From: Candidatus Zambryskibacteria bacterium RIFOXYD1_FULL_40_13
GTDB taxonomy: Bacteria; Patescibacteriota; Minisyncoccia; Phycocordibacterales; DATDWN01
Direction: 5' to 3'
NCBI GenBank assembly: GCA_001824295.1
Contig: MHWY01000005.1
Location: 304 to 61,347, forward strand
DNA: 61,044 bases
Made by a program: the position numbers and the translations under genes. Numbering within the stretch: the stretch's first letter is position 1; each line of letters begins with the position of its first letter. The notes under the pieces are model-generated. The model was not told where the DNA came from, made no database searches, and saw nothing but the letters and a program-made list of their open reading frames with translations. This document shows positions 35,589 to 44,365 of the stretch, in pieces.

Positions 35589-36104
35589 ATGGAAGATATT
35601 CCAACACAGATTCAGTTTCCACATCTCGCTTCTGAGATTAGTGCAATGAGAGAAGCTGACCAGAATATGAGGAAGAGAAATCTAGATGATGATTCTTGGG
35701 AGGAGGGATTGGATGAAAACAATACAAAAAGAATGAAAGAGATTGTTCACGAGATTGGTTGGCCTTCAGTTTCAAAGGTGGGGGCGGATGCTTCTCGTGC
35801 CTCGTGGTTACTGGTTCAGCATGCTGACCACGATGTTGCCTTCCAGTCCCACTGTCTGGCTCTTATGCAAGAATTGCCTAGTGGTGAGGTGCAGTCTCGT
35901 AATATTGCCTTCCTAACTGATAGGGTTAGGGTAAATAGTGGGCAACCCCAATTGTATGGTACACAGTTTAAACAAGTTGATGGAAAACATGTTCCAAAAG
36001 ACATTGAAGATCCTGAGCATGTTGATGAAAGACGAAAATCAATGGGTTTAGACACCCTGGCAGATAACATTGCACTAATGGAGTTAAGTTATCCTTTAAA
36101 ATAG
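35589..36104 (+). CDS. Conserved hypothetical protein
   Basis: 171 aa with GWPSVSKVG...SWLLVQHADHD...QLYGTQF...IEDPEHVDERRKSMGL. TATAAT lies 6 nt upstream of the ATG. Confidence 0.5.
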   Translation: MEDIPTQIQFPHLASEISAMREADQNMRKRNLDDDSWEEGLDENNTKRMKEIVHEIGWPSVSKVGADASRASWLLVQHADHDVAFQSHCLALMQELPSGEVQSRNIAFLTDRVRVNSGQPQLYGTQFKQVDGKHVPKDIEDPEHVDERRKSMGLDTLADNIALMELSYPLK

Positions 36105-36190
36105 ATTTAACTCATCAAAGGCACGATTTTGGTGGTAATATGTAGTGGAGGGGGTTCTGGTAACAAATTTTGGAAATAATTTTATGAAAA

Positions 36191-36688
36191 ATGTCGCAAG
36201 AAGAAATTTTTGATCAAGTCTACGAGAAATACAAGAACATATTCCCTGAAATGCTCCATAGTTCGGGTGGATTGCCAGATACAAAGGGAGTAGCGACGAG
36301 TGATGTAGATATCTCTTTATTTCATCCGAATCATGCTTCACTTGCAAAGTATTTTCCAAAAGATACAAAAATAGACAACAGTTCAATCGATAGAACCATT
36401 TATAAGTTAGAAGGATACGAACGCGAAGTAAACATTTACTGCACAGATGGCGACTGGTGGAGGAATGCTTTTTTACATAGACAGACTGAACTAGCTCTAA
36501 ATGAGCGATATCCTGATCTATCAAACAAAGCCCGGATTCTTAAAAAAGATCTTGGTGTTTCAACAGAAATGGCGTGGGCGAAGGTTTTAGATCTTGACGA
36601 CACTTATTTAGAAACACTGTTAGACGTTGAAAAAGTATTAGATATCGCCAATCGTGTAGCAAAGCCCACCTTTTCGCCAAAGGCATGA
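36191..36688 (+). CDS. Hypothetical protein, possible nucleotidyltransferase fold
   Basis: 165 aa with a G-S...D-x-D-like motif (SSGGLPDTKGVATSDVDISLF). The gene is flanked by ~40-bp direct repeats. Confidence 0.4.
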   Translation: MSQEEIFDQVYEKYKNIFPEMLHSSGGLPDTKGVATSDVDISLFHPNHASLAKYFPKDTKIDNSSIDRTIYKLEGYEREVNIYCTDGDWWRNAFLHRQTELALNERYPDLSNKARILKKDLGVSTEMAWAKVLDLDDTYLETLLDVEKVLDIANRVAKPTFSPKA

Positions 36689-36772
36689 TTTTGGTGGTAA
36701 TATGTAGTGGTAGGGGGTGGGGAGCCCAGTTTTAGCCCTAATTCTAAATTAACGAACCTGTGAAATAAACAC

Positions 36773-37948
36773 ATGGCAAATCAAAATCTTACAAATGCAA
36801 AAAAGGCGAAAAATGATGAGTTTTACACTCAATTTCCAGATATTCAAAAAGAAGTCGAGTCTTATCTTGAATATGATCCAAATGCTTTTAAAGGTAAGGT
36901 GGTTTACAGCAACTGCGATGACCCGTTTGAAAGCAATTTTTTTCGCTACTTCGTCCTAAATTTTAAACGACTAGGGTTAAAAAGGCTTATTGCAACTAGT
37001 TATAAGCCGTCACCAGTCGCGAATACTCAACTAGCATTGTTTGGTGATGATGTTACCCTTAGACCAGTCAAAGGGCGACCCAAAATCGTCGCTAATAAAT
37101 TTATTATCAACGAAGTTGGTGATGTGGATGGCGACGGCTCTTTTACGCTAGAGGATATTGCGAAGCAGCTTAGAACCAACAAAAACAACGAATGGACTCC
37201 ACTTGAGGGCGATGGTGATTTTAGAAGTGATGAATGTGTCGAGTTACTCAAACAGTCTGACATCATAGTCACCAATCCTCCATTTAGTTTATTTCGTGAA
37301 TATATTATGCAACTTTTTGAGTATAGTAAACAATTTCTCATTATTGGTAACATGGGTTCGGTTCTGTATAAAGAAATTTTTCCGTTCGTTCGAGATAATA
37401 AAATATGGCTGGGGAATGGTTTCCATGCAGGCAACGCATATTTTGCAACACCGAATACTCGTGATTATGCAACTGGAGTTTATGATCAAAAAACTGGCCT
37501 TGTAAAATTTCGCAACTGTATTTGGGTTACTAATATTGACCACGGTAAACGTCACCAGCCGATTGCTCTAATGACTATGGCGGAAAATTTGAAATTTAAT
37601 AGAAAAATGCAGGGTAAAATTGTCTATGACCACTACGACAACTATGATGCAATTGAGATTCCATTCACTAACGCTATTCCTAGTAACTATGATGGAATAA
37701 TGGGTGTACCAGTAAGTTTTCTTGATAAGTATTCACCTGAGCAGTTCGAAATTATGGGAATGTGCGAGAATGAGGATTTATATAAGTTAAAAACCAAATT
37801 TTATACATCGGCGGAATGTAAGCAGGCATACTTAGATAAGTTTGGAAAAAAAGGGGTTTATGATTTAAACGCCAGCGGTGTACTTATTCGTAACGGTTTA
37901 AGAGAGAAGGTTTACCAGAGAATATTAATTAAGCACAAAAAGAAATAA
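36773..37948 (+). CDS. N6-adenine DNA methyltransferase, M.EcoRI family
   Basis: [23 protein letters not shown] and [12 protein letters not shown] (NPPF catalytic motif). The protein looks collinear with M.EcoRI as I recall that sequence. Confidence 0.8.
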   Translation: MANQNLTNAKKAKNDEFYTQFPDIQKEVESYLEYDPNAFKGKVVYSNCDDPFESNFFRYFVLNFKRLGLKRLIATSYKPSPVANTQLALFGDDVTLRPVKGRPKIVANKFIINEVGDVDGDGSFTLEDIAKQLRTNKNNEWTPLEGDGDFRSDECVELLKQSDIIVTNPPFSLFREYIMQLFEYSKQFLIIGNMGSVLYKEIFPFVRDNKIWLGNGFHAGNAYFATPNTRDYATGVYDQKTGLVKFRNCIWVTNIDHGKRHQPIALMTMAENLKFNRKMQGKIVYDHYDNYDAIEIPFTNAIPSNYDGIMGVPVSFLDKYSPEQFEIMGMCENEDLYKLKTKFYTSAECKQAYLDKFGKKGVYDLNASGVLIRNGLREKVYQRILIKHKKK

Positions 37949-37949
37949 C

Positions 37950-39113
37950 ATGAAAACAACCTTAAAAAACGATATCACTATTAAAGAAGTTTGCGACGGC
38001 TTCGTTTACAACGAACTCGAAGGAAAAGGTTTGTTTGGTCTCTCTGGAAAACTAACTATTCAGCCAGAGTATCAGCGTAATTACATTTACGCTGACGGCA
38101 AACGTGATGTTGCTGTAATTGATTCAATTTTGAAGGGTTACCCAATAGGTTTAATTTATTTCAACCAAGTTGGCACTGATAAATTTGAAGTGCTCGACGG
38201 ACAGCAACGCATTACTAGTATTGGTCGGTTTGTGGCAGGCAAGTTTGCTGTCAAAGATAAAAACGGTCACGAACAATACTACAGCGGTATGGCTACCAAC
38301 CAACGAGAGCAGATCATGAACACTAAATTGTTGGTGTATTTGTGTAAAGGTGATGAGCCTGAGATTAAGGATTGGTTTAAGACTATCAACATCGCTGGAG
38401 TACCATTAACCGAACAAGAGATTCTTAATGCAGTATATTCTGGGCCTTTCGTCACTCGTGCTCGCGAAGAGTTTAGTAATAGTCAGAATGCTAATGTCCA
38501 GAAATGGAGCTCATACATCGCAGGTGACATCAAACGCCAAGCATATTTGGAACGGGCATTAGATTGGGTTTCTGGCGATGCAATCGACAATTATATGAGC
38601 ATGCATCGCAATGATAAAAATATTACCGAATTAAAAAAACATTTTAATATGGTAATTGATTGGGTTTCAACTACCTTCACTGACGTTGAAAGCGAAATGA
38701 AGGGTCTTGAGTGGAATAGGCTTTACGAAACTTACCATAAGAAAAAATATAAACCCGCTACAGTGTCCGCTTCAGTTCGGAAACTCTATGCCGATGGTTT
38801 TGTTAAGAATCGTCGAGGAATATTTGAATATGTTCTAGGTGGAGAAGTTGAAACAAAACTACTTGAAATACGAGTATTTGAGGACTCAGCTAAACGTTCT
38901 GTTTACGAAGCTCAAACTGCTAGCGCAAAGAAAAAAGGAGTTTCAAACTGTTCGCACTGTGCAGTGGGTCATGATGCAACCAAAGACAAGGTTTGGAGTA
39001 TTGCAGATATGGACGCCGACCATGTATCAGCTTGGAGCAAAGGGGGCAAAACAATGCTTAATAATTGCGAGATGTTGTGTAAGACACACAACCGGGCAAA
39101 AGGAAATCGGTAA
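37950..39113 (+). CDS. DUF262 (ParB-like/GmrS-type) domain fused to a C-terminal HNH nuclease
   Basis: [10 protein letters not shown] and [12 protein letters not shown] (DUF262). C-terminal [12 protein letters not shown]...[16 protein letters not shown] (HNH). Its start is 1 nt after the methyltransferase stop. Confidence 0.75.
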   Translation: MKTTLKNDITIKEVCDGFVYNELEGKGLFGLSGKLTIQPEYQRNYIYADGKRDVAVIDSILKGYPIGLIYFNQVGTDKFEVLDGQQRITSIGRFVAGKFAVKDKNGHEQYYSGMATNQREQIMNTKLLVYLCKGDEPEIKDWFKTINIAGVPLTEQEILNAVYSGPFVTRAREEFSNSQNANVQKWSSYIAGDIKRQAYLERALDWVSGDAIDNYMSMHRNDKNITELKKHFNMVIDWVSTTFTDVESEMKGLEWNRLYETYHKKKYKPATVSASVRKLYADGFVKNRRGIFEYVLGGEVETKLLEIRVFEDSAKRSVYEAQTASAKKKGVSNCSHCAVGHDATKDKVWSIADMDADHVSAWSKGGKTMLNNCEMLCKTHNRAKGNR

Positions 39114-39123
39114 TATCTATAAA

Positions 39124-39408
39124 CTATTTTATAACTTTTAGATTAGCCCAAGTTCGTCCACTTGACTCTGTTACCAATATCTCTGCGTTTTTATTTGTAG
39201 TAGTAACTGCATTTTTTGACAAAGATAAAATTGTTGCCCTATCAAAATTACCAGAAATATTATATTCCCCATTTGGAAGTTTATATTTGATACCTTGATC
39301 TGAAATAATAAACTTTCTAAAGCCAGCGGATTCCATTGCTGCATGAAGAGGTTCGTAATCTCCTAAAACAGAATTTTGCAATTCAATTCTAACGGTATAT
39401 GATTTCAT
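39124..39408 (-). CDS. Small protein, GhoS/Cas2-like ferredoxin-fold pattern (hypothetical)
   Basis: 94 aa: YTVRIELQNSVLGDYEPLHAAMESAGFRKFIISDQGIKYKLPNGEY. The family assignment is tentative. Confidence 0.35.
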   Translation of the reverse strand: MKSYTVRIELQNSVLGDYEPLHAAMESAGFRKFIISDQGIKYKLPNGEYNISGNFDRATILSLSKNAVTTTNKNAEILVTESSGRTWANLKVIK

Positions 39409-39410
39409 AT

Positions 39411-39770
39411 TTATTTTAAATAAGAATTTTTTGCTCTTAATAATAAAATTTCACTTTGAATACCATTTATTGTGCCCTGTAAACCATTCATTTTATTGTT
39501 TGTATTTTCTTGTATATTGAAAAGTCTTTCAGAAAAATCATTGGCGACAGAATTATCACTTTTACTTGATAGTATGACTTCAACACTAACAGTTACTACG
39601 ATAAATGCAAGCGCAAAAAGTACCGCATATATTATGTTTTGATTTCTTGATTCTTGTTTTTCTGTCTGACCTTCAATTTTTACAAGGCGCTCAGATAGTT
39701 CTTTTAAAGTTTCTGCTTGAGCTTGTACCGTTCCTAGAATTTCAGTTTTTGTAGGATTTTTATCGGCCAT
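39411..39770 (-). CDS. Small single-pass membrane protein with flanking coiled-coil segments
   Basis: 119 aa with a central TM helix IIYAVLFALAFIVVTVSVEVIL. Confidence 0.45.
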   Translation of the reverse strand: MADKNPTKTEILGTVQAQAETLKELSERLVKIEGQTEKQESRNQNIIYAVLFALAFIVVTVSVEVILSSKSDNSVANDFSERLFNIQENTNNKMNGLQGTINGIQSEILLLRAKNSYLK

Positions 39771-39775
39771 ACTGT

Positions 39776-40033
39776 TTATTCTTTATAAAAACCAACTATG
39801 TGAAATACAGTGCTGTCAGTATTTTCCTCTGGAACTTCAGAATTTTGGATTGCTATATCTCGATTCTTATAAAGGTGAAAATCTATACCACCAAAAACAA
39901 CCCCTTTGGAAAAAGTGGTTCCAGAATTAAAGTTTACACCATTTATTTCAATAGGCACCTTGGGAGATAAAGACCCGTCAGGCTTCTCATCAAAAACGTC
40001 ATTAAATTTTACCCTTCTGTAGTTTTCATCCAT
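39776..40033 (-). CDS. Small hypothetical protein
   Basis: 85 aa, first gene of a tightly spaced three-gene minus-strand operon (2-5 nt gaps). Confidence 0.4.
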   Translation of the reverse strand: MDENYRRVKFNDVFDEKPDGSLSPKVPIEINGVNFNSGTTFSKGVVFGGIDFHLYKNRDIAIQNSEVPEENTDSTVFHIVGFYKE

Positions 40034-40184
40034 ATCTATAATTGTGGACTTATTTTACACTAATTTTAAGGTAAGGGCAATTTATATTAAAATACAAGAT
40101 CCCTTGCTTGATTGAAGTCGGTGTCGGGTACTGTTTAAGGAAAAGGGGGGCAAATGCGTCGATCCTACATGCTATAATACCCAC

Positions 40185-40301
40185 ATGGAAAAGGAACCAG
40201 TATTATTCTACGGAGGGAAGTATGGCTGTTTCTCAAACCTGTCTTCTTTTGCGGTAGAGATTGATGGGAAGGTGTTGGGGGCGAATTATGGGTGTTGTTA
40301 A
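40185..40301 (+). pseudogene. Truncated NADAR/YbiA-like (DUF1768) gene fragment
   Basis: 38-aa ORF MEKEPVLFYGGKYGCFSNLSSFAVEIDGKVLGANYGCC. The FYGG..GCFSN..F pattern is typical of NADAR N-termini, and a stop follows. Confidence 0.4.
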
Positions 40302-40316
40302 CCCTGTTGACTTTTG

Positions 40317-40334
40317 GGTTAACAATTGTTAACC
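40317..40334. promoter_or_regulatory. Perfect 18-bp palindrome (probable operator) overlapping the TA-module promoter
   Basis: GGTTAACAATTGTTAACC. Two further GTTAAC sites lie at ~40297 and ~40351. TTGACT is at 40307-40312. Confidence 0.5.
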
Positions 40335-40366
40335 TTAATGAAGCCACAGGGTTAACAAAGAAAACT

Positions 40367-40648
40367 ATGGAAAATAAAGGCAAAAAAGCAATATATATAT
40401 CTGTTCAAGAACTAGCAAAAATGCTAGGTATTAGTCGCATAGCTGTATTTAATAAAATCAAAAAAGGGCAAATTCCAGCAGAGAAAATTGGCCGTTCCTA
40501 TGCTATTTCAATGGAACATGTTACAGAAATAGTCGGCGGTTTAGATTCTGGTATTTTAACAGAAGAAAAAAAATCGGAAATTAAAAAGGCTGTTGAGAAA
40601 GTCGTGCAAGAGTACGGGGATACACTAAAGCTTCTAGGTAAAGAATAA
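40367..40648 (+). CDS. Helix-turn-helix (excisionase/MerR-like) DNA-binding protein, putative antitoxin
   Basis: ISVQELAKMLGISRIAVFNKIKKGQIPAEKIGRSYAI. It lies 2 nt upstream of the Doc-like gene. Confidence 0.65.
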   Translation: MENKGKKAIYISVQELAKMLGISRIAVFNKIKKGQIPAEKIGRSYAISMEHVTEIVGGLDSGILTEEKKSEIKKAVEKVVQEYGDTLKLLGKE

Positions 40649-40650
40649 AC

Positions 40651-41076
40651 ATGAAATTAAGAAGACTTAACATCACCGATATTGAATACGTCGCGTATCG
40701 TCTTGCAGAAGAGACTATGAAATGGGATGAACCGATTCCTGATTTTAGTACAAGATATACAAATTCACTAGAGAGGTGTATAGAACAACCATTTCAAGTG
40801 TTTGGTGGTAGACAACTGTATCCTGGATTGATTAAAAAAACATCAATTCTTTTCTATTTGATGATAAAAAATCATCCATTTCAGAATGGCAATAAGAGGA
40901 TAGCAATGACGACATTGTTTTATTTTTTGCATCAAAATAATAAATGGCTAAAGGTGGATAACCAAGAATTATATAATTTTGCTCGTTGGGTCGCGGAGAG
41001 TAATGCTAAATTGAAGGAAGATACAGTTAGAGCGATAGAGACATTTCTGAAGAATTATATAATCGATTTAAATTAA
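40651..41076 (+). CDS. doc: Fic/Doc-family toxin (death-on-curing type)
   Basis: 141 aa with the Fic motif HPFQNGNKRIA. Confidence 0.8.
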   Translation: MKLRRLNITDIEYVAYRLAEETMKWDEPIPDFSTRYTNSLERCIEQPFQVFGGRQLYPGLIKKTSILFYLMIKNHPFQNGNKRIAMTTLFYFLHQNNKWLKVDNQELYNFARWVAESNAKLKEDTVRAIETFLKNYIIDLN

Positions 41077-41130
41077 TACGAAAGAAAAAAGGGGGTCGGG
41101 CGTTTCTGCTTCACATGCTATAATACCCAC

Positions 41131-41559
41131 ATGGAAAAATTGACACCTGAAAAGAAAATAGAACTTGTGAACGAGGCAAAACTTGCGTTGAAAAATTGTT
41201 ATCCAAAGGATTCAAAACGAGTTTATTCAGCAGCAGTATTGGCAGGAGACGGAAATATATATTCGGCATCTAATTATGGTTCCGATACAGCTTCTCTAAC
41301 TCTACACGCTGAACAGTCAGCCCTGGCACATGCTGGGGCACACGGACAGGGGATAATTCATGCAATAGCTGTGGCGAGTAATGAAGATTTAGAGAAGGGT
41401 GAGTTTACTCCACCATGTCATATGTGCAAACAGTTGCTCTGGGAAACCCGTCTTCGTTCTGGCGTTCCACTTCTTATTATTCTCTCAAACAGTTTTAGTC
41501 AGACGAAGGAGGTATATATAGATGAGCTAATGCCATTGCCGTGGCCATCAAAAATATGA
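41131..41559 (+). CDS. cdd: Cytidine/deoxycytidylate deaminase-family protein
   Basis: HAEQSAL...PCHMCKQLL zinc-binding motifs, 142 aa. Confidence 0.7.
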   Translation: MEKLTPEKKIELVNEAKLALKNCYPKDSKRVYSAAVLAGDGNIYSASNYGSDTASLTLHAEQSALAHAGAHGQGIIHAIAVASNEDLEKGEFTPPCHMCKQLLWETRLRSGVPLLIILSNSFSQTKEVYIDELMPLPWPSKI

Positions 41560-42212
41560 AAACAGTTTTTATCACTGGTGCTAGTCGTGGAATTGGAAAA
41601 GCACTTGCTAATAAATTTATGAGCGAGGGGTATTTTGTTATTGGCACTGCACTGGATGGCAAAGTTGATTTCAATCACAAAAATTTAAAAATAGTTTCAT
41701 TGGATTTGTACGATGATAAAAGCATAGAAAGATGTGTTGAGGAATTAAAAAAACAAGACAGAAGAATAGATATTTTTATAAATAATGCTGGAGTTCTACT
41801 TGATGAGGGGGAAGAAAATATTGTTATAGATAAGTTAAGAAAAACATTGCAGGTTAATTTGATAGGTGGAATTGATTTAACTCAAAGAGCACTTCCGTTA
41901 ATAAATGACGGAGGACACATCATAAACATTTCCTCTTCTGCAGGTTCTTTGGAAAAACTTTACCACGGTGATTATCCTGCATATAAAATATCTAAGGTTG
42001 GGCTAAATATGTTTACATCATGGCTGGCGTATAAGTTAAAGGGTAAGCAAACGGTTTCCTCGATTCATCCTGGTAGTGTAAGGACAGATATGGGTAGTGG
42101 TGAAGGAGATATAGATCCTGACGAAGCGGCAAAGTATATTTATGATACAGCTGTAAAAACAAACCTGGAAACCGGGCAATTTTGGTTCAAGGATAAGAAG
42201 TTTCCTTGGTAA
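41541..42212 (+). CDS. Short-chain dehydrogenase/reductase (SDR)
   Basis: TGASRGIGKA, NNAG and YKISK motifs. Confidence 0.8.
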   Translation: MAIKNMKTVFITGASRGIGKALANKFMSEGYFVIGTALDGKVDFNHKNLKIVSLDLYDDKSIERCVEELKKQDRRIDIFINNAGVLLDEGEENIVIDKLRKTLQVNLIGGIDLTQRALPLINDGGHIINISSSAGSLEKLYHGDYPAYKISKVGLNMFTSWLAYKLKGKQTVSSIHPGSVRTDMGSGEGDIDPDEAAKYIYDTAVKTNLETGQFWFKDKKFPW

Positions 42213-42216
42213 TTAT

Positions 42217-42615
42217 ATGAAAGCAGTACTTGCTATAAAATTCAAAGAGGATTACTCAGACAAGGAAAAGATTAAGAAAATCTCGGGTGTGTTGGAAAGT
42301 GTCGGTATCTCGAGTGAGATAATGGTTAAGGATTATGAAAAGTGGGGAGCTGTCAGGTTTACTCCACAGGAATTGATGAAAAAGACGTTTGAGATTATTG
42401 ATGCGTCGGATATGTTGATTACTGAGTTTTCTGAAAAAGGTGTGGGTCTGGGTATTGAAGCGGGTTACGCATTTGCAAAAGGTAAACCCATATATGTCAT
42501 TGCAAAAGAGGGGTCTGATATTTCTACGACTCTTGCTGGAATAGCAAGAGTAGTTATTTTCTACCAGAATATTGAGGAAGTGGGGGAGAAGATAGAAGCT
42601 GTATTGGAAAAATAA
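42217..42615 (+). CDS. Nucleoside 2-deoxyribosyltransferase-like protein
   Basis: 132 aa with the GLGIEAGYAFAKGKPIYVI pattern. Confidence 0.5.
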   Translation: MKAVLAIKFKEDYSDKEKIKKISGVLESVGISSEIMVKDYEKWGAVRFTPQELMKKTFEIIDASDMLITEFSEKGVGLGIEAGYAFAKGKPIYVIAKEGSDISTTLAGIARVVIFYQNIEEVGEKIEAVLEK

Positions 42616-42653
42616 GTATCAAAAAAAACAAAAATTTTTGCTTTTTTTGATAC
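42616..42653. terminator. Long A/T-rich palindrome, bidirectional terminator candidate
   Basis: GTATCAAAAAAAACAAAAA/TTTTTGCTTTTTTTGATAC, 18/19 paired, between convergent genes. Confidence 0.55.
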
Positions 42654-42675
42654 TCATTTTAAATTGGTGGTTTTT

Positions 42676-42951
42676 CTACAGTGCTTTCTTGGATTCTACA
42701 GCTTCGGCTTCTTCACCAGCTTTTTCAGTCGCGGTAGCCTCGGCTGTTTGTTTTTCTATTCGCGCTGTTTCTTCTAGGTCAGATAGTCTAGCTAGCTCAG
42801 CATCCTTTTCCTTTTGCTGGGTCATTGCTAAGTCTACCACTTCTGCCTGATGGTTTTCTTCTAATTCTGCTCTTTCTTGTGCTTGGTCGTCTTGTAACAT
42901 ATATTTTTTTAGATTAATTATAATGCTTGATAATCTCAATTTACTCATCAT
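42676..42951 (-). CDS. Acidic coiled-coil protein (hypothetical)
   Basis: 91-aa ORF rich in E/A/K. Its coding status is uncertain. Confidence 0.3.
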   Translation of the reverse strand: MMSKLRLSSIIINLKKYMLQDDQAQERAELEENHQAEVVDLAMTQQKEKDAELARLSDLEETARIEKQTAEATATEKAGEEAEAVESKKAL

Positions 42952-43085
42952 TTTTTTATGTAATGTTTTTAAGAGTTCATAAATATTGCCGTTTAGCTAA
43001 ACGATTTATTACAAATTTGACTTATTGGTATTAGTGTGATAATAATAGATTTAGGAAAACCGCAACTCGAGATTGGAGGCATCTC

Positions 43086-43547
43086 ATGGCAGAATGCATT
43101 CGTGTGTTGGTTGGAAGTACGCGAAAGGAATCTCAGTGCGTTAGTCACTTTCGTCTCTATGCGACAAGCAACGCTCGCCGTGAGACGATGATTTTCGACG
43201 GGATGGACGGGGTCGTCATCGACAAGTTCCGGGCGACCGCAGTGAAGGGGTGCTGGGCCGACGTTGAGGGACGACCGCTTGCGATTCGGTGGTTGGTTGG
43301 CTCCAAGGGGCTCTCATTTCTCAGGATTCTCCTCCCCCGACGGATGAAGATTGTTTCCGTCACCACGCCGGTTGGGAGATGGAACAAGGCGGAGATCCTT
43401 TTCACTGAGCTCCGTGTCATCTCGGCGTGGCAGTTCTCAGTTGTCACTTCGCCTGGCGTGGAGGACAAAGCACAGAAAGCCGTGCTCTTCGCCCTCCGGA
43501 GGCACCTCGGGATGAACCTGAGGAGAATCGAGTGGGTGCTCGAGTAG
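43086..43547 (+). CDS. Hypothetical protein in a GC-rich islet
   Basis: 153 aa. GGAGG (43075-43079) lies 6 nt upstream of the ATG. Third-position G/C is high in this frame. A terminator follows. Confidence 0.5.
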   Translation: MAECIRVLVGSTRKESQCVSHFRLYATSNARRETMIFDGMDGVVIDKFRATAVKGCWADVEGRPLAIRWLVGSKGLSFLRILLPRRMKIVSVTTPVGRWNKAEILFTELRVISAWQFSVVTSPGVEDKAQKAVLFALRRHLGMNLRRIEWVLE

Positions 43548-43612
43548 AAGGGTACTCACGACGAGGGTCACACGCGACCCCCATGTACCCAGTGTTCAAC
43601 CAGCCGTCCAGG

Positions 43613-43645
43613 AAGCCGTCGCGCTCCCGGACGGCTTTCTTTTTG
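43613..43645 (+). terminator. Rho-independent terminator
   Basis: AAGCCGTC-gcgctcccg-GACGGCTT followed by TCTTTTT. Confidence 0.7.
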
Positions 43646-43660
43646 CTATAATATATAGAT

Positions 43661-44281
43661 ATGAAATTAATAAAAAAGGTGCCAACTATTGACGTTAAGA
43701 GAACATTTGTTATTTCTGACCACATTACCCAGAGAAAAAATTTAGGTAATAATCACAAATTTCTAAAGGACCTTTCTGAAGAAGAATTTACTAAAAAAAT
43801 ACATTCCGCAAAAAAGGCAATTTTGAGATTAAAAGAAAAAAGTTTGGATAAATTAATAAGCCCCAAATGGCCCAAAAGAGTTAAATCATATAATAACAGC
43901 CAGTGGTTTTTAGCAGAGGCAAGTCCAAAGGAGCTAGGTGTTTGGAATAGGGCGGGCGGGTTGCCCTTTGACTGGACGAATGATTCCTTATTTCAGACCA
44001 CAAAGAAGGTAAAAAATGCTTTAGATAAGAAATCAAAAATATTAAAACGCAGGGCAAGACACAGTATCCCAAATATTTTAAAAATTGAATCTCATTTAAA
44101 ACAAAAGGAAAAATATTTGTATCCAATAGTCTTTAAAACAGATACCGGAACACAAGGAAGAAAACGTCTGAAGAAAAAAATGAAAGGAGATATTGATGAT
44201 GGTTGCATGAGATCAATTGCTCTGGCAATAAGCGGGAGAAACCCCATAACTGTTTACTTTGGAATTCCTTTGAAAAAATAG
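43661..44281 (+). CDS. Basic hypothetical protein
   Basis: 206 aa, lysine-rich. No family recognised. Confidence 0.45.
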   Translation: MKLIKKVPTIDVKRTFVISDHITQRKNLGNNHKFLKDLSEEEFTKKIHSAKKAILRLKEKSLDKLISPKWPKRVKSYNNSQWFLAEASPKELGVWNRAGGLPFDWTNDSLFQTTKKVKNALDKKSKILKRRARHSIPNILKIESHLKQKEKYLYPIVFKTDTGTQGRKRLKKKMKGDIDDGCMRSIALAISGRNPITVYFGIPLKK

Positions 44282-44365
44282 TGTGGGTAATCTAGTAGTG
44301 AGGATATAAAATATATTCTAAAAAAATGTTAATATAATGTTATTAATTAATATCTTTTCAAAAAT

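Noticed and set aside
43157-43725. Minus-strand ORFs 43157-43468 and 43444-43725 and plus-strand ORF 43427-43651 in islet 2.
   Set aside because: They overlap the Shine-Dalgarno-preceded plus-strand ORF and its terminator. Third-position G/C enrichment favours the 43086-43547 frame.
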